Assembly (NCBI GenBank): GCA_903925975.1
Contig: CAIYHG010000001.1
Location: forward strand, 3,454 to 67,453
Origin: an uncultured Acidobacteriia bacterium
GTDB lineage: Bacteria > Acidobacteriota > Terriglobia > Bryobacterales > Bryobacteraceae
DNA: 64,000 bases
Reading direction: 5' to 3'
Below the pieces are notes generated by a model, which had not been told where the DNA came from, ran no database searches, and saw only the letters and a program-made list of their open reading frames with translations. Made by a program: the position numbers and the translations under genes. This document shows positions 55,614 through 64,000 of this stretch, piece by piece (position 1 is the first letter of the stretch; every line of letters begins with the position of its first letter).

Positions 55614-56984
55614 TTGACTGACAAACCTTCCCCCGAACTCAAGCGCGACCTCGGCGCCTGGGCCGCCGCGGCCATCGTTGTCGGCACCGTCATCGGCAGC
55701 GGCATTTTTCTAGTCCCGCGAACCATGATCCGAGAGGCCGGAAGCGTGGAACTGGTGGCCGCGGTATGGGTGATCGGTGGCCTGCTCTCGCTTGCCGGCG
55801 CGCTCAGTTACGCCGAACTGGCGGCGGCTCTGCCCGAAGCCGGCGGCGAATACGCTTATCTGCGCGAAGCCTACGGCCCCATGTGGGGCTTCATTTACAG
55901 CTGGACGCAAACCTGGGTGGCGAAGAGCGGGTCGATCGCCGCCATGGCCACGGGGTTCATGGTTTACGCCGGCAACTTCTTTCCAGGCCTGGATACGGTG
56001 TTTTACGTCATCCCGCTGCCCCTGGGCCCGCGGGGCGGGCCGCTCGAGTTCCGCTACGCGCAGTTGCTGGCGATTTCCCTGATCGCAGCCCTAGCGTGGC
56101 TGAACTACTACGGAGTGAAACTCGGCGGAAGGGTTCAGGTGGCGGTGACGGCGACAGAAGTGGGCCTAATAGGCTTCATCGTACTCTCCGGGCTTACGCT
56201 GGGCTCGCCCCATGCCGCGGCTTCGAGCGTTATCGCGCCCGTTCGCTTTGCGGGCATCATCGCCGCTCTGGTTGCGGCATTATGGGCCTACGACGGCTGG
56301 AACAATGCCGGTATGGTGGCTTCCGAGGTGCGCGATCCGCAGCGTAATCTGCCGCGCGCCCTCATTTGGGGAACCACCGCCGTCATGGGGCTTTATCTTC
56401 TAGCGAACGCAGCCTATTTCCGCATCCTATCCGCGCCGCAAGTGGCGGCAGGCGACCGCCCGGCCGCCGACATGATGCGCTCGATTTTCGGCGACTGGGG
56501 CGCGACGGCAGTTTCCGTGGCTGCGATGATCAGCATTTTCGCGGCATTAAACGGATCTATTCTTTCCGGCTCGCGCGTACCGTATGCGGCCGCCCGGCAG
56601 GGTTACTTCTTTCCGGCGGTCGGCCGGGTTAGCGCGCGCCGCCATACTCCGGGCGCCGCCATACTCATGCTGACGGCCTGGTCCGCCTTGCTGACGCTTT
56701 CCGGAAAATTCGACGATCTGTTCAATCTGGTGATATTCGCCAGCTGGATACTGTACGGCATGACGGCCGCAGCTGTGATCGTCCTCCGGGTAAAGAGGCC
56801 CGATCTGCCGCGCCCGTACCGCATTCTGGGCTATCCGTTCGTGCCTGTGGCGTTCGTCCTCGGCGCGCTGGTGCTGGTAGTTTCGACAGCCATCGAACGC
56901 CCCCGCGAATCTATCATGGGCGTAGGACTAATTGCCGCTGGTTTACCCTTCTATTCTTATTGGAAGCGGCGCGGGAAGGTGTGA
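55614..56984 (+). CDS. APC-family amino acid permease
   Basis: LKRDLGAWAAAAIVVGTVIGSGIF, 12 TM spans. Confidence 0.9.
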   Translation: MTDKPSPELKRDLGAWAAAAIVVGTVIGSGIFLVPRTMIREAGSVELVAAVWVIGGLLSLAGALSYAELAAALPEAGGEYAYLREAYGPMWGFIYSWTQTWVAKSGSIAAMATGFMVYAGNFFPGLDTVFYVIPLPLGPRGGPLEFRYAQLLAISLIAALAWLNYYGVKLGGRVQVAVTATEVGLIGFIVLSGLTLGSPHAAASSVIAPVRFAGIIAALVAALWAYDGWNNAGMVASEVRDPQRNLPRALIWGTTAVMGLYLLANAAYFRILSAPQVAAGDRPAADMMRSIFGDWGATAVSVAAMISIFAALNGSILSGSRVPYAAARQGYFFPAVGRVSARRHTPGAAILMLTAWSALLTLSGKFDDLFNLVIFASWILYGMTAAAVIVLRVKRPDLPRPYRILGYPFVPVAFVLGALVLVVSTAIERPRESIMGVGLIAAGLPFYSYWKRRGKV

Positions 56985-57148
56985 TTTAGCGAGTTCGTAC
57001 TAGGCTGTTCAGGTACCCTAAGTTCCGATATACGCCCGAAAAGCGGTAGCAAATAGCTTGAAAATACAAAGCATTAGCGGGAAAATATGAATTGAGCGGA
57101 ACGGCAGGCCGCATCCGGCTGGCGTGGCGCCCGTGGAGGATTGGGGAA

Positions 57149-57376
57149 ATGGACGTAACCAAGATTCTTTCGGACCTAAAGGCGGAACGGCAGCAGATTG
57201 AAGAGGCCATTCTTAGCTTGGAACGTTTGGCGCGAGGCCGCGGACGCCGCCGTGGAAGGCCCCCGGGCTGGATGGCCGAAGCCGATGCCGCCCCAGTGAA
57301 GCGCCGGGGCCGGCCCCCGGGGAGCAAGAACAAAGTCACTGTCGTTACCCCGCCCAAAACCAGCGCCGTTGCGTAA
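57149..57376 (+). CDS. small coiled-coil protein with two AT-hook motifs
   Basis: GGAGGA Shine-Dalgarno 8 nt before ATG 57149. The 75-aa product reads MDVTKILSDLKAERQQIEEAILSLERLARGRGRRRGRPPGW..KRRGRPPGSKNK. Confidence 0.6.
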   Translation: MDVTKILSDLKAERQQIEEAILSLERLARGRGRRRGRPPGWMAEADAAPVKRRGRPPGSKNKVTVVTPPKTSAVA

Positions 57377-57400
57377 ATGGGGCCGCCCGCCGGCGGCCGC

Positions 57401-57991
57401 TCAACCGGTTTTCTTCACCGCGGCGGGCTTGCGGGGAACCGTTTTCTTTGCAGGTACCGCGGGCTCGTCCAGAAATTCCAGAATCTTGGCGTGAATATTC
57501 CTGGCCATCTGGTCTTCCGCCAGAAATGGTTCCTGGCCTTCATATTGAGCGCGAATCACTCCCTGCCGGTCCACAAAAGCAATCATCGGCATGCGCGGGC
57601 CGATGATTGGCGGATGCTGCATAAAATCCAGCGCGGCCATGAGTTTGTTATAGCCGACTGGAAATGACGGGCTATTGCGCCGCAGGAATTCCGGCACATT
57701 AATCTGCGCCATATCTTCTATGGCCGATCCGATCGCCTGAAAACCGCGGCCGCCCAACTCGTTCTGCTCCTGAGAGAGGCATTTAACGGCCTTCTGGCAA
57801 TGCGGGCACGAGGTCAATAGAAAAAGCACGGCGACTACTCTGCCCTTATATTGACTGATTGAGACCTGTTTACCCGTATTTAGGGAAATGGCGAATTCCG
57901 GAGCCTTCCGAGGTATATCCGCCGCACTGATCGAGGACGCGGCGAGGGCAAGCAAGCCTAGAGCCGCAGCCAGGAACCGGCGCTGTTGCAT
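57401..57991 (-). CDS. TlpA/redoxin-family thiol-disulfide oxidoreductase
   Basis: Signal peptide, APEF, GRVVAVLFLLTSCPHCQ (CxxC). Confidence 0.8.
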   Translation of the reverse strand: MQQRRFLAAALGLLALAASSISAADIPRKAPEFAISLNTGKQVSISQYKGRVVAVLFLLTSCPHCQKAVKCLSQEQNELGGRGFQAIGSAIEDMAQINVPEFLRRNSPSFPVGYNKLMAALDFMQHPPIIGPRMPMIAFVDRQGVIRAQYEGQEPFLAEDQMARNIHAKILEFLDEPAVPAKKTVPRKPAAVKKTG

Positions 57992-57995
57992 AGCC

Positions 57996-59234
57996 CTAGT
58001 TTAGCTCAGCGGGCAGCCCTTCCACGCTGGTGAAAACCCTTCCCTCCAGGCGCAATTCGAAGCGTCCATCGTCGCCGGAACCGGAGCAGCGGCCGGCGGA
58101 TTCGCTAATGGGAGCGAAATTGCGCCACTTTTTCCCCAGGACGCCCTTGTAGAACTCGAAATATTTCCGGGCAATTTCCGGGTCGTCCCATTCCACGGAA
58201 TAGAGCAGAACCACGCTCCCGGTTTTCCGGTTCTCCCGCAATTCGTACGCCGATCCGCGCCAATGCGGCGCGATTTCGGCGGCAGCGCCCTCGTCCCCGA
58301 ACTGCTGCAGCAGAACGGAGTGATCGAACTCGCCCAGCACACCCGACGAAAGGCGCTTATAGCCGCCCGGCAGTTTCACGGCCGGTAGCCCGGGCGACGT
58401 GGGAGCCACGCCCTCGAAATACTTATCCGGATGAGTGATCTGCTGCGTCGAAACCGGCGGACGCAGAAACGCCTCGGAAAAACCGCTCTGCCCGTCGCGT
58501 TCGAGCAGCGCGTTCTGAAACACGGCCCCCTTGGAATAAGGAAAAAGCAATGAAAGGCGGAAGTAAAGCGGCGCATTGTCGAAGACGGGAAACTGGCCGG
58601 AAACCGCACTAATGGCGCCCATCCGCGCAGCCAACTCCGGATTGTTCCGCAGGGACATCCCGAATTTCCGCGCCACGTATTCCGCCGCGATCCATACCGC
58701 CTGCCCTTCCATAACCGCTACGTGCGCGGCCGCCCGGTCATCGTCTTTCAAATCGCTGCCGATGAATTTCGCCAGGCGGAAATGCTGGTCGGCCAGGGCG
58801 TGCGCCAGTTCGTGGGCTAGCGTCGGCTCCTGCATCGCCTCGGAAGCGCCCTCCATCACGAACAGTTTGCGGCTGCGGTAATCGTAGAATGCCGCGGCCT
58901 GCTCGGTCATCAGATCCACCATCGCGGATTCCAGGTGGAAATCCGGCGGCGCGAATCCGAACTTCTTGAGCGTGATCTCCTCGGCGCGGATACCCTTCGG
59001 GTCGGCTGATTCCTTCATCCGGGCCTTCAGAAACTCGTTCACCTGTTGCCGCCCGATTACCGCGCAGGGCGGCTCGCGGAGCAGCGACAGGCCGGTGATC
59101 GCAGCCAGGTCACGGGCGATCTTCCCCGCCTCGGCGCAGATGCCGTTCTGTTCGGCCGCGCCGTGGAGCAGGGCCGCCGCGGCGAGAAACAGCGCGCAGG
59201 CCCGAGCCGCGCGTGGAACAAACCTGGTGTCCAT
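57996..59234 (-). CDS. putative secreted zinc metallopeptidase (HExxH)
   Basis: Signal peptide, TLAHELAHALADQH (HExxH) followed by MEGQAVW. 4-nt spacer to the TlpA-like gene. Confidence 0.7.
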   Translation of the reverse strand: MDTRFVPRAARACALFLAAAALLHGAAEQNGICAEAGKIARDLAAITGLSLLREPPCAVIGRQQVNEFLKARMKESADPKGIRAEEITLKKFGFAPPDFHLESAMVDLMTEQAAAFYDYRSRKLFVMEGASEAMQEPTLAHELAHALADQHFRLAKFIGSDLKDDDRAAAHVAVMEGQAVWIAAEYVARKFGMSLRNNPELAARMGAISAVSGQFPVFDNAPLYFRLSLLFPYSKGAVFQNALLERDGQSGFSEAFLRPPVSTQQITHPDKYFEGVAPTSPGLPAVKLPGGYKRLSSGVLGEFDHSVLLQQFGDEGAAAEIAPHWRGSAYELRENRKTGSVVLLYSVEWDDPEIARKYFEFYKGVLGKKWRNFAPISESAGRCSGSGDDGRFELRLEGRVFTSVEGLPAELN

Positions 59235-59295
59235 TGCTACTCAGAATAACGGTACAATGGACAATTAATCCAATCACACCCGAGGAGAAGCTCTT

Positions 59296-59427
59296 TTGGC
59301 GGACGACAAACTCTACAAGGCCGAGTATCTGGGCAGCGGCACCTTCGTGATCACCAAGCCGAAGCGGAAGAAGTCCAAGACGCGCCAGTCGCAACTAAGG
59401 AATCCGAAGCGCGGCTCGCGCAAGTAA
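59296..59427 (+). CDS. candidate sORF (43 aa, very basic C-terminus)
   Basis: Not in the ORF track because it is under 60 aa. GAGGAG 8 nt before TTG. Product MADDKLYKAEYLGSGTFVITKPKRKKSKTRQSQLRNPKRGSRK. Unverified. Confidence 0.25.
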   Translation: MADDKLYKAEYLGSGTFVITKPKRKKSKTRQSQLRNPKRGSRK

Positions 59428-59434
59428 ACAAGAT

Positions 59435-59557
59435 CTAATGGCGGGTGCGGCGCCCCGCATCCATAATTCGAAGCAGGCCCTCAAGCGCCGCCCTCTGCAA
59501 CGCAAACGCAGCCGCAAAACTGCCGGCTAGAACCGCGCCGATGACGAAGGCTTCCAT
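59435..59557 (-). CDS. candidate sORF (40 aa, one hydrophobic helix)
   Basis: GGAGG 6 nt before the ATG. Product MEAFVIGAVLAGSFAAAFALQRAALEGLLRIMDAGRRTRH. Unverified. Confidence 0.25.
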   Translation of the reverse strand: MEAFVIGAVLAGSFAAAFALQRAALEGLLRIMDAGRRTRH

Positions 59558-59670
59558 TTCGGACCTCCGTCCGGCTTGAGTGCAATTCAGGCGCCAGCAG
59601 GTTTTATTCGGCTTAACCCGCGCGGGGCGGGGATTTCTTACGCGCGGGCGATCAATATTACATCCGCCAT

Positions 59671-60528
59671 TTACCAGCCCGGCTTCCAGTCCCAGCCGCC
59701 GTCGGTGCGCGCGGCGACGCGGCCTACCCCTGGAAAGGGAAAGTGGAACGCCGAAACGCGCATATTTCCGGCGACGGCGCGGCTGAGCAGTTCGCGCCGG
59801 CTGCGCTTGGCGGCCAGCGGATCCAGATCGAATCCGTTCTCAAGATCGGGGCGCTCCAGGTGTAGCGGATGCGCCGCGGCGTCGCCCAAATTCAGCAGAG
59901 TCTCGCCGTCCGATTCCACCAGCGCCGCGAGATGGCCGGGCGTATGGCCGGGGGCCGGAATCACGCGAACGCCGGGGCAGATTGCCGTTTCGTCCCTGAC
60001 TGTCTCAATCTGAAAACGCAGCGGCGGCAGCGTGCGCCGCGCCGCCTCCTCCATCGATCGCCTGGTCTTCTCAGGCACCCGCATCCCATCCAGGCGAACG
60101 CGGCCTGCCGTCCAGAACTCCCATTCCAGTTCGGCAATTACGTAACGCGCGTTGGGGAACGCCGGCATTCCGCGCGCGTCCAGAGCGCCGCCGATATGGT
60201 CCGGATGCGCGTGAGTCAGGATTACGGTATCGATGTTACGAGGGCGGATGCCCTCCATTTCCAGGCGCGCCAGGATTGCGCCCGTCGCCTTAGATCCCTC
60301 CCCCGCCCCCGTGTCCACCAGAATCGCGTGCCGGCCGGCTTCGATGAGCATGCACGTGTACGGGCTCAGCACGGTTTCCGTAGGCGCGCGGCGGGCAGCC
60401 AGGGCCTCACCGATTTCCTGCCGCGCCGCATTCGCAAACAGCCACTCCGCTGGGTACGAACAATAGCCATCCGCCAGCAGAGTGCAGGAGATCGAACCGA
60501 CCTGGAAACGATGCGAACCGGCGGGCAT
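59671..60528 (-). CDS. MBL-fold metallo-hydrolase
   Basis: ILTHAHPDHIGG (HxHxDH), later PGHTPGH. Confidence 0.85.
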   Translation of the reverse strand: MPAGSHRFQVGSISCTLLADGYCSYPAEWLFANAARQEIGEALAARRAPTETVLSPYTCMLIEAGRHAILVDTGAGEGSKATGAILARLEMEGIRPRNIDTVILTHAHPDHIGGALDARGMPAFPNARYVIAELEWEFWTAGRVRLDGMRVPEKTRRSMEEAARRTLPPLRFQIETVRDETAICPGVRVIPAPGHTPGHLAALVESDGETLLNLGDAAAHPLHLERPDLENGFDLDPLAAKRSRRELLSRAVAGNMRVSAFHFPFPGVGRVAARTDGGWDWKPGW

Positions 60529-60580
60529 CCCTAAAAGAAGTAGCGAAAACCGCTCGAAATGTCAAAACAACTCCGCGGGC

Positions 60581-62446
60581 CTACGCTTTTGCGTCAAGAA
60601 CCTCGCGGACTTTGCCGGCCAATTCCTCCGCGGTAAAAGGCTTGGGCAGGTAGGCGACTCCCTGATCGAGCACTCCCTGCTTGCTGATGACGTCCGCCGC
60701 ATAACCGGACGTGTACAGCACCTTGAGCGACGCGCGCGAGCGGGTCAGGGCGGCGGCGAGTTCCCTGCCCGTCATCCCCGGCATGATCACATCCGTCAGC
60801 AACAGGTCGATGGGCGCGGAGAAATCGGCGCACAAAGCCAGCGCGGCGGGCCCGTCGCCGGCTTCGACCACGTGGTACCCCCGCTCCCGCAGGATCGCAG
60901 CCGCCAGGCGCCGCACCTCCGCCTGGTCCTCCGCTATGAGGATCGTCTCGGAACCGCCCGGCGCGCACTCTTTCGGCTGCGGCGCGGATTCCGTCTCGAT
61001 GCTGCCTTCCACCGCCGGCAGATATACTGCAAACCGCGTTCCTTTTCCCCGTTCGCTGGCCACCACGACCCACCCGTGGCTTTGGCGCACAATGCCATAG
61101 ACCGTGGCCAACCCCAGCCCGGTACCTTCGCCCGTTCGCTTGGTGGTGAAGAACGGTTCGAAGATGCGCTGCAGCACTTCCTCGTTCATACCCACGCCGG
61201 TGTCTTCCACGGCCAACACGGCGTAGCGCCCCGGGCGGGCATCCGGGTGCAGGCCGCCGCACGAGTCGTCCAGTTCCGCCGCGCGCGTTTCCACCGAGAG
61301 GCGGCCGCCGCGCGGCATAGCGTCCCGGGCGTTCACCGCCAGGTTCAGAAGCACCTGGTTGAGCTGCCCGCGATCGGCCATGACGACGGAGCCCGTTTCG
61401 TCCAGCCGCAGCTCCATGTCGATATCCTCTCCGATCAGGCGGCGGATCATTCGCGTGGCCTCGGCAACGATATCGTTCAAGCTCACTGGCTTCATCTCAG
61501 TGATCTGCTTGCGGCTGAACGCGAGCAGTTGCTGCGTCAGCGCGGCCGCGCGCCCGGCCGCGGCGCGTATCTCCTGCAGCGATTCCTCCCGCGGATCGCC
61601 CGGCGGAAGGCCCGAGAGCAGCATGTCGGAGTAGCCGTTGATTACCGTGAGGTGATTGTTGAAATCGTGCGCCACGCCTCCAGCGAGGCGGCCCACGCTC
61701 TCCATCTTCTGAGCCTGCAGCAACTGCATCTCAAGGCGTTCGCGTTCGGCCTCGGTTCGCTTGCGTTCGCTGATGTCGCGGAAGAAGATGAGCGCGGCGG
61801 CCCGGCCGTCGTATTCAATCGGAGCGGCGGATATCTCCGTGGGGATGCTCTCGCCATTGGCCAGCACCAGCCGCCTCTCAACCGAGATCAGCCGCGCGCC
61901 GCCAATTGCCGCGGCAATGCGCTCACGCGCCGCCTCGCGTTCTTCTGAAATCACGATGTCAAGGAACGATTTGCCGAGCAGATCAGCCCGGTCCGGCACT
62001 CCCAAAGTCTCCAGCGCGGAAGGGTTGGCGTACTCGATCCTCGCGCCCGACTCCACGATGATTCCCTCCGGGGCCTGTTCCACCACCCGCCGGAAGCGTT
62101 CCTCGCTGCGGCGGAGCGCATCCTGCACGCGCTCCCTGTCGGCCGCCTCGCGCTCCAGGGCCTCGCGAAAGCCCGCTTGGGCGTCGAACCGCCGCTGGTA
62201 GAACTTGACCTGCCGCCGGCGCCAGAGCGACGCAATTCCCGCCGCGGCGGCCGCCACGAGCGACAACCCCACCACACCGATCAAAGCGGAACGCTGGAAG
62301 AACGGCCCCGGCGCCTCCCCCGCGTCCAATTCAACCACCACGAAAGCGGCGATAACGGCCACCACCGCGAAGAAGAGTACCAGGAGCCCGTACGGGCTCG
62401 CGCCCCGCTCGTCCGCTTCAGCTTTGACTCTTGACGAAGATTCCAT
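60581..62446 (-). CDS. hybrid sensor histidine kinase (2 TM, PAS, HisKA, HATPase_c, receiver)
   Basis: H-box GGVAHDFNNHLTVI, N-box NLAVNARDAM, G-box DTGVGM..GTGLGLA, and a receiver domain with ILIAEDQ..LLLTDVIMPGMTG. Confidence 0.9.
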   Translation of the reverse strand: MESSSRVKAEADERGASPYGLLVLFFAVVAVIAAFVVVELDAGEAPGPFFQRSALIGVVGLSLVAAAAAGIASLWRRRQVKFYQRRFDAQAGFREALEREAADRERVQDALRRSEERFRRVVEQAPEGIIVESGARIEYANPSALETLGVPDRADLLGKSFLDIVISEEREAARERIAAAIGGARLISVERRLVLANGESIPTEISAAPIEYDGRAAALIFFRDISERKRTEAERERLEMQLLQAQKMESVGRLAGGVAHDFNNHLTVINGYSDMLLSGLPPGDPREESLQEIRAAAGRAAALTQQLLAFSRKQITEMKPVSLNDIVAEATRMIRRLIGEDIDMELRLDETGSVVMADRGQLNQVLLNLAVNARDAMPRGGRLSVETRAAELDDSCGGLHPDARPGRYAVLAVEDTGVGMNEEVLQRIFEPFFTTKRTGEGTGLGLATVYGIVRQSHGWVVVASERGKGTRFAVYLPAVEGSIETESAPQPKECAPGGSETILIAEDQAEVRRLAAAILRERGYHVVEAGDGPAALALCADFSAPIDLLLTDVIMPGMTGRELAAALTRSRASLKVLYTSGYAADVISKQGVLDQGVAYLPKPFTAEELAGKVREVLDAKA

Positions 62447-62563
62447 CGCGCTCTTACCCAGCCGTTGCCCCCCGCTCGCGGCGTGGCGCCGCCCCCCACA
62501 TTCTCGCCCAGCCTATCAGAAAAAGGGCTCCGATACTACTGGAAGACCGAGCGGGAACAAGGA

Positions 62564-64000
62564 CTACTCCAAGCGGTACACGGCAGCGCCCGGAGAGTTG
62601 CGGTCTATCCGCAGAGTCGCGCCGCCGCGCTTCTCGGGCGCCATGTGGTCCGCCGGCAGTGGCGTGTTTTGTTCGATCATGAGGCCCGCATCCGTAAGCC
62701 GCGCCGTCCGCTTCCAGTTTCTGCCAGCGAACGTCAACGCGCCGCCCGAGGCCGCGACCTCCACGTCGCCCGGCGCCGCGAATGCGCCCTGCTCGGGAAC
62801 AAAGTTGACGCCGCTATCCTTCCACGCGTATTCGATCCAGCGGCCGCCGTCACGGCTCGAAAACACGGCCCGCGCGCGGTGGGATTCGAGCACCCACTCG
62901 GGCGAACCATCCGCGTCCAGGTCCGCGCTCCACGCTCCCTCGCCGTTTCGGGACAAGACGGCGAAGCGGAATGGCAGCGAAGCCTCCATGCCTCCCGTGA
63001 CGCTCAGGCGCCAATCCCGTAGCCCGACTACCCCCTCCGCAGGAAAAACCCGCAGCGAGACCGTACGTTCGGCCAGCGCCCCCACGCTCACGTCCATTTT
63101 GGCCGGCAGAAAATCGAGCCCCTCGGCGGCGGCGCTCAGATGGTACGTCTGAATTCCCTGCGTATGGTTCGCGATCGTGATATCCACGTTCGCGCCGCCG
63201 CGTGGCTCGATCGCGACGATCGGCGGGTCGGGAGCCGCGGCGATCCGGTCGCCGAAGTGCAGCTTGACTGCCTGCGGAAGCGTGATCGAAGCCGGCCGGA
63301 ACACCTGCAAGCGAGCGCGGCCCAGGGGCACGCCATCGGCTTCTATGGCCAGGTTCGCCCAATCCCCCGGCACGGCATCGGCAGGCACTGCCACGGCGTA
63401 CTCGATCTCATTGGGGGATTTCTTACGGGCCGTGGCGCTGTAACCCTCAGGCGCCAACAGCCGCGAACGGGCGGCAACCGCGGCCGACGAGTACACCGTG
63501 TTCAAAACATTTATCCGGCCAGCGATCAGGCGCGGCGGGTCATCGAAGAATGCCGCATCTTCGGGCGCTTCCATGGCGATCCCAATGCGCACGCGCGCCG
63601 CGGGGCCGCTGCCCGGCGGAATCGGCAGACGCGCCCGCAACGTCTTTGCGTCCCAATCGAAGTCCTTTAGGGTTCCGGCGGCCAGGTAAGGTCCCACCGG
63701 CTCCCGGGCGAGTTGCAGGACGGCTTCGCCCCCCTCCGGCGCAGCAAACTCCATGGCCAGCAGCCCGTTCTCAAATTCAACGGAAAGCAGTTCGGCAGTA
63801 GCGTAGACGATATGCTCGGCGGGCGAAAAGCTGGAACACTCGCGGCACAGGCTCCCCGCTCCCAGCGATAAGCCCAGCGGCAGCCACAACGATTCCCCCG
63901 CCGGAACCGAAACGCCGGGAATCGTGGTGGTGCTCTTTGCATCGGCGCCGAAAACCCGCAAATCGCCCCGGAATGGCTGCTTCCCGCCGTTGGTGACGGT
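62564..64000 (-). CDS. hypothetical protein (N-terminus probably outside window)
   Basis: The ORF is open to the window end and the listed start at 63961 is only a TTG. Beta-rich composition, no family recognised. Confidence 0.6.
   Translation of the reverse strand, partial: TVTNGGKQPFRGDLRVFGADAKSTTTIPGVSVPAGESLWLPLGLSLGAGSLCRECSSFSPAEHIVYATAELLSVEFENGLLAMEFAAPEGGEAVLQLAREPVGPYLAAGTLKDFDWDAKTLRARLPIPPGSGPAARVRIGIAMEAPEDAAFFDDPPRLIAGRINVLNTVYSSAAVAARSRLLAPEGYSATARKKSPNEIEYAVAVPADAVPGDWANLAIEADGVPLGRARLQVFRPASITLPQAVKLHFGDRIAAAPDPPIVAIEPRGGANVDITIANHTQGIQTYHLSAAAEGLDFLPAKMDVSVGALAERTVSLRVFPAEGVVGLRDWRLSVTGGMEASLPFRFAVLSRNGEGAWSADLDADGSPEWVLESHRARAVFSSRDGGRWIEYAWKDSGVNFVPEQGAFAAPGDVEVAASGGALTFAGRNWKRTARLTDAGLMIEQNTPLPADHMAPEKRGGATLRIDRNSPGAAVYRLE

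Noticed and set aside
57042-57050. AGCGGTAGC upstream of the AT-hook gene, resembling the ops element (GGCGGTAG) used by RfaH.
   Set aside because: It is only a partial match. It is not in a polysaccharide operon leader, and a 7-8 nt match is expected by chance in 64 kb.
60482-61948. 488-aa ORF antisense to the hybrid histidine kinase.
   Set aside because: The kinase frame has H, N and G boxes and a receiver domain. The antisense frame is Arg/Gln/His-rich junk.

Overview
High-GC (roughly 64%), densely coding chromosomal segment. It is most consistent with an Acidobacteriota genome of the Bryobacterales/Solibacter type. This placement is an inference from the NHL-repeat protein carrying a Solibacter-type C-terminal domain and from the many FecR, PEGA, TPR, HEAT and BON secreted proteins. 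I call 67 protein-coding genes, two of them cut by the window edges and two of them very tentative sORFs. Most calls are the protein-like subset of the supplied ORF track with starts trimmed. The remaining long ORFs are Arg/Ala/Pro-rich shadow frames typical of high-GC DNA. Recognisable housekeeping genes are tdk, hemW, ltaE, nuoB, pgeF, nth, truB, lpxD, obg, rpmA and rplU. The rest are transporters, signalling proteins (CheY-like regulator, receiver-GGDEF, hybrid histidine kinase) and envelope enzymes. Six gene pairs show 4-nt start/stop overlaps (ATGA or GTGA at 695, 1363, 2998, 11294, 42801 and 49036), which defines tight operons. I saw no rRNA, tRNA, CRISPR array, transposase, integrase or phage genes, so the window looks like core chromosome rather than an accessory island. 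I could not demonstrate a clearly novel system. The most unusual items are: (1) a two-gene operon of a restriction-endonuclease-fold protein plus a DUF697-like partner; (2) a six-gene envelope-lipid module; (3) a Tat-signal dipeptide epimerase coupled to an NlpC/P60 peptidase; (4) lpxD coupled to a MobB-like P-loop protein; (5) a small protein with two AT-hooks; (6) an orphan wzt behind an AT-rich palindromic leader; (7) an orphan nuoB; and (8) several long non-coding spacers with hairpins and REP-like repeats. All family assignments rest on motif recognition by eye, and none was confirmed by a database search.
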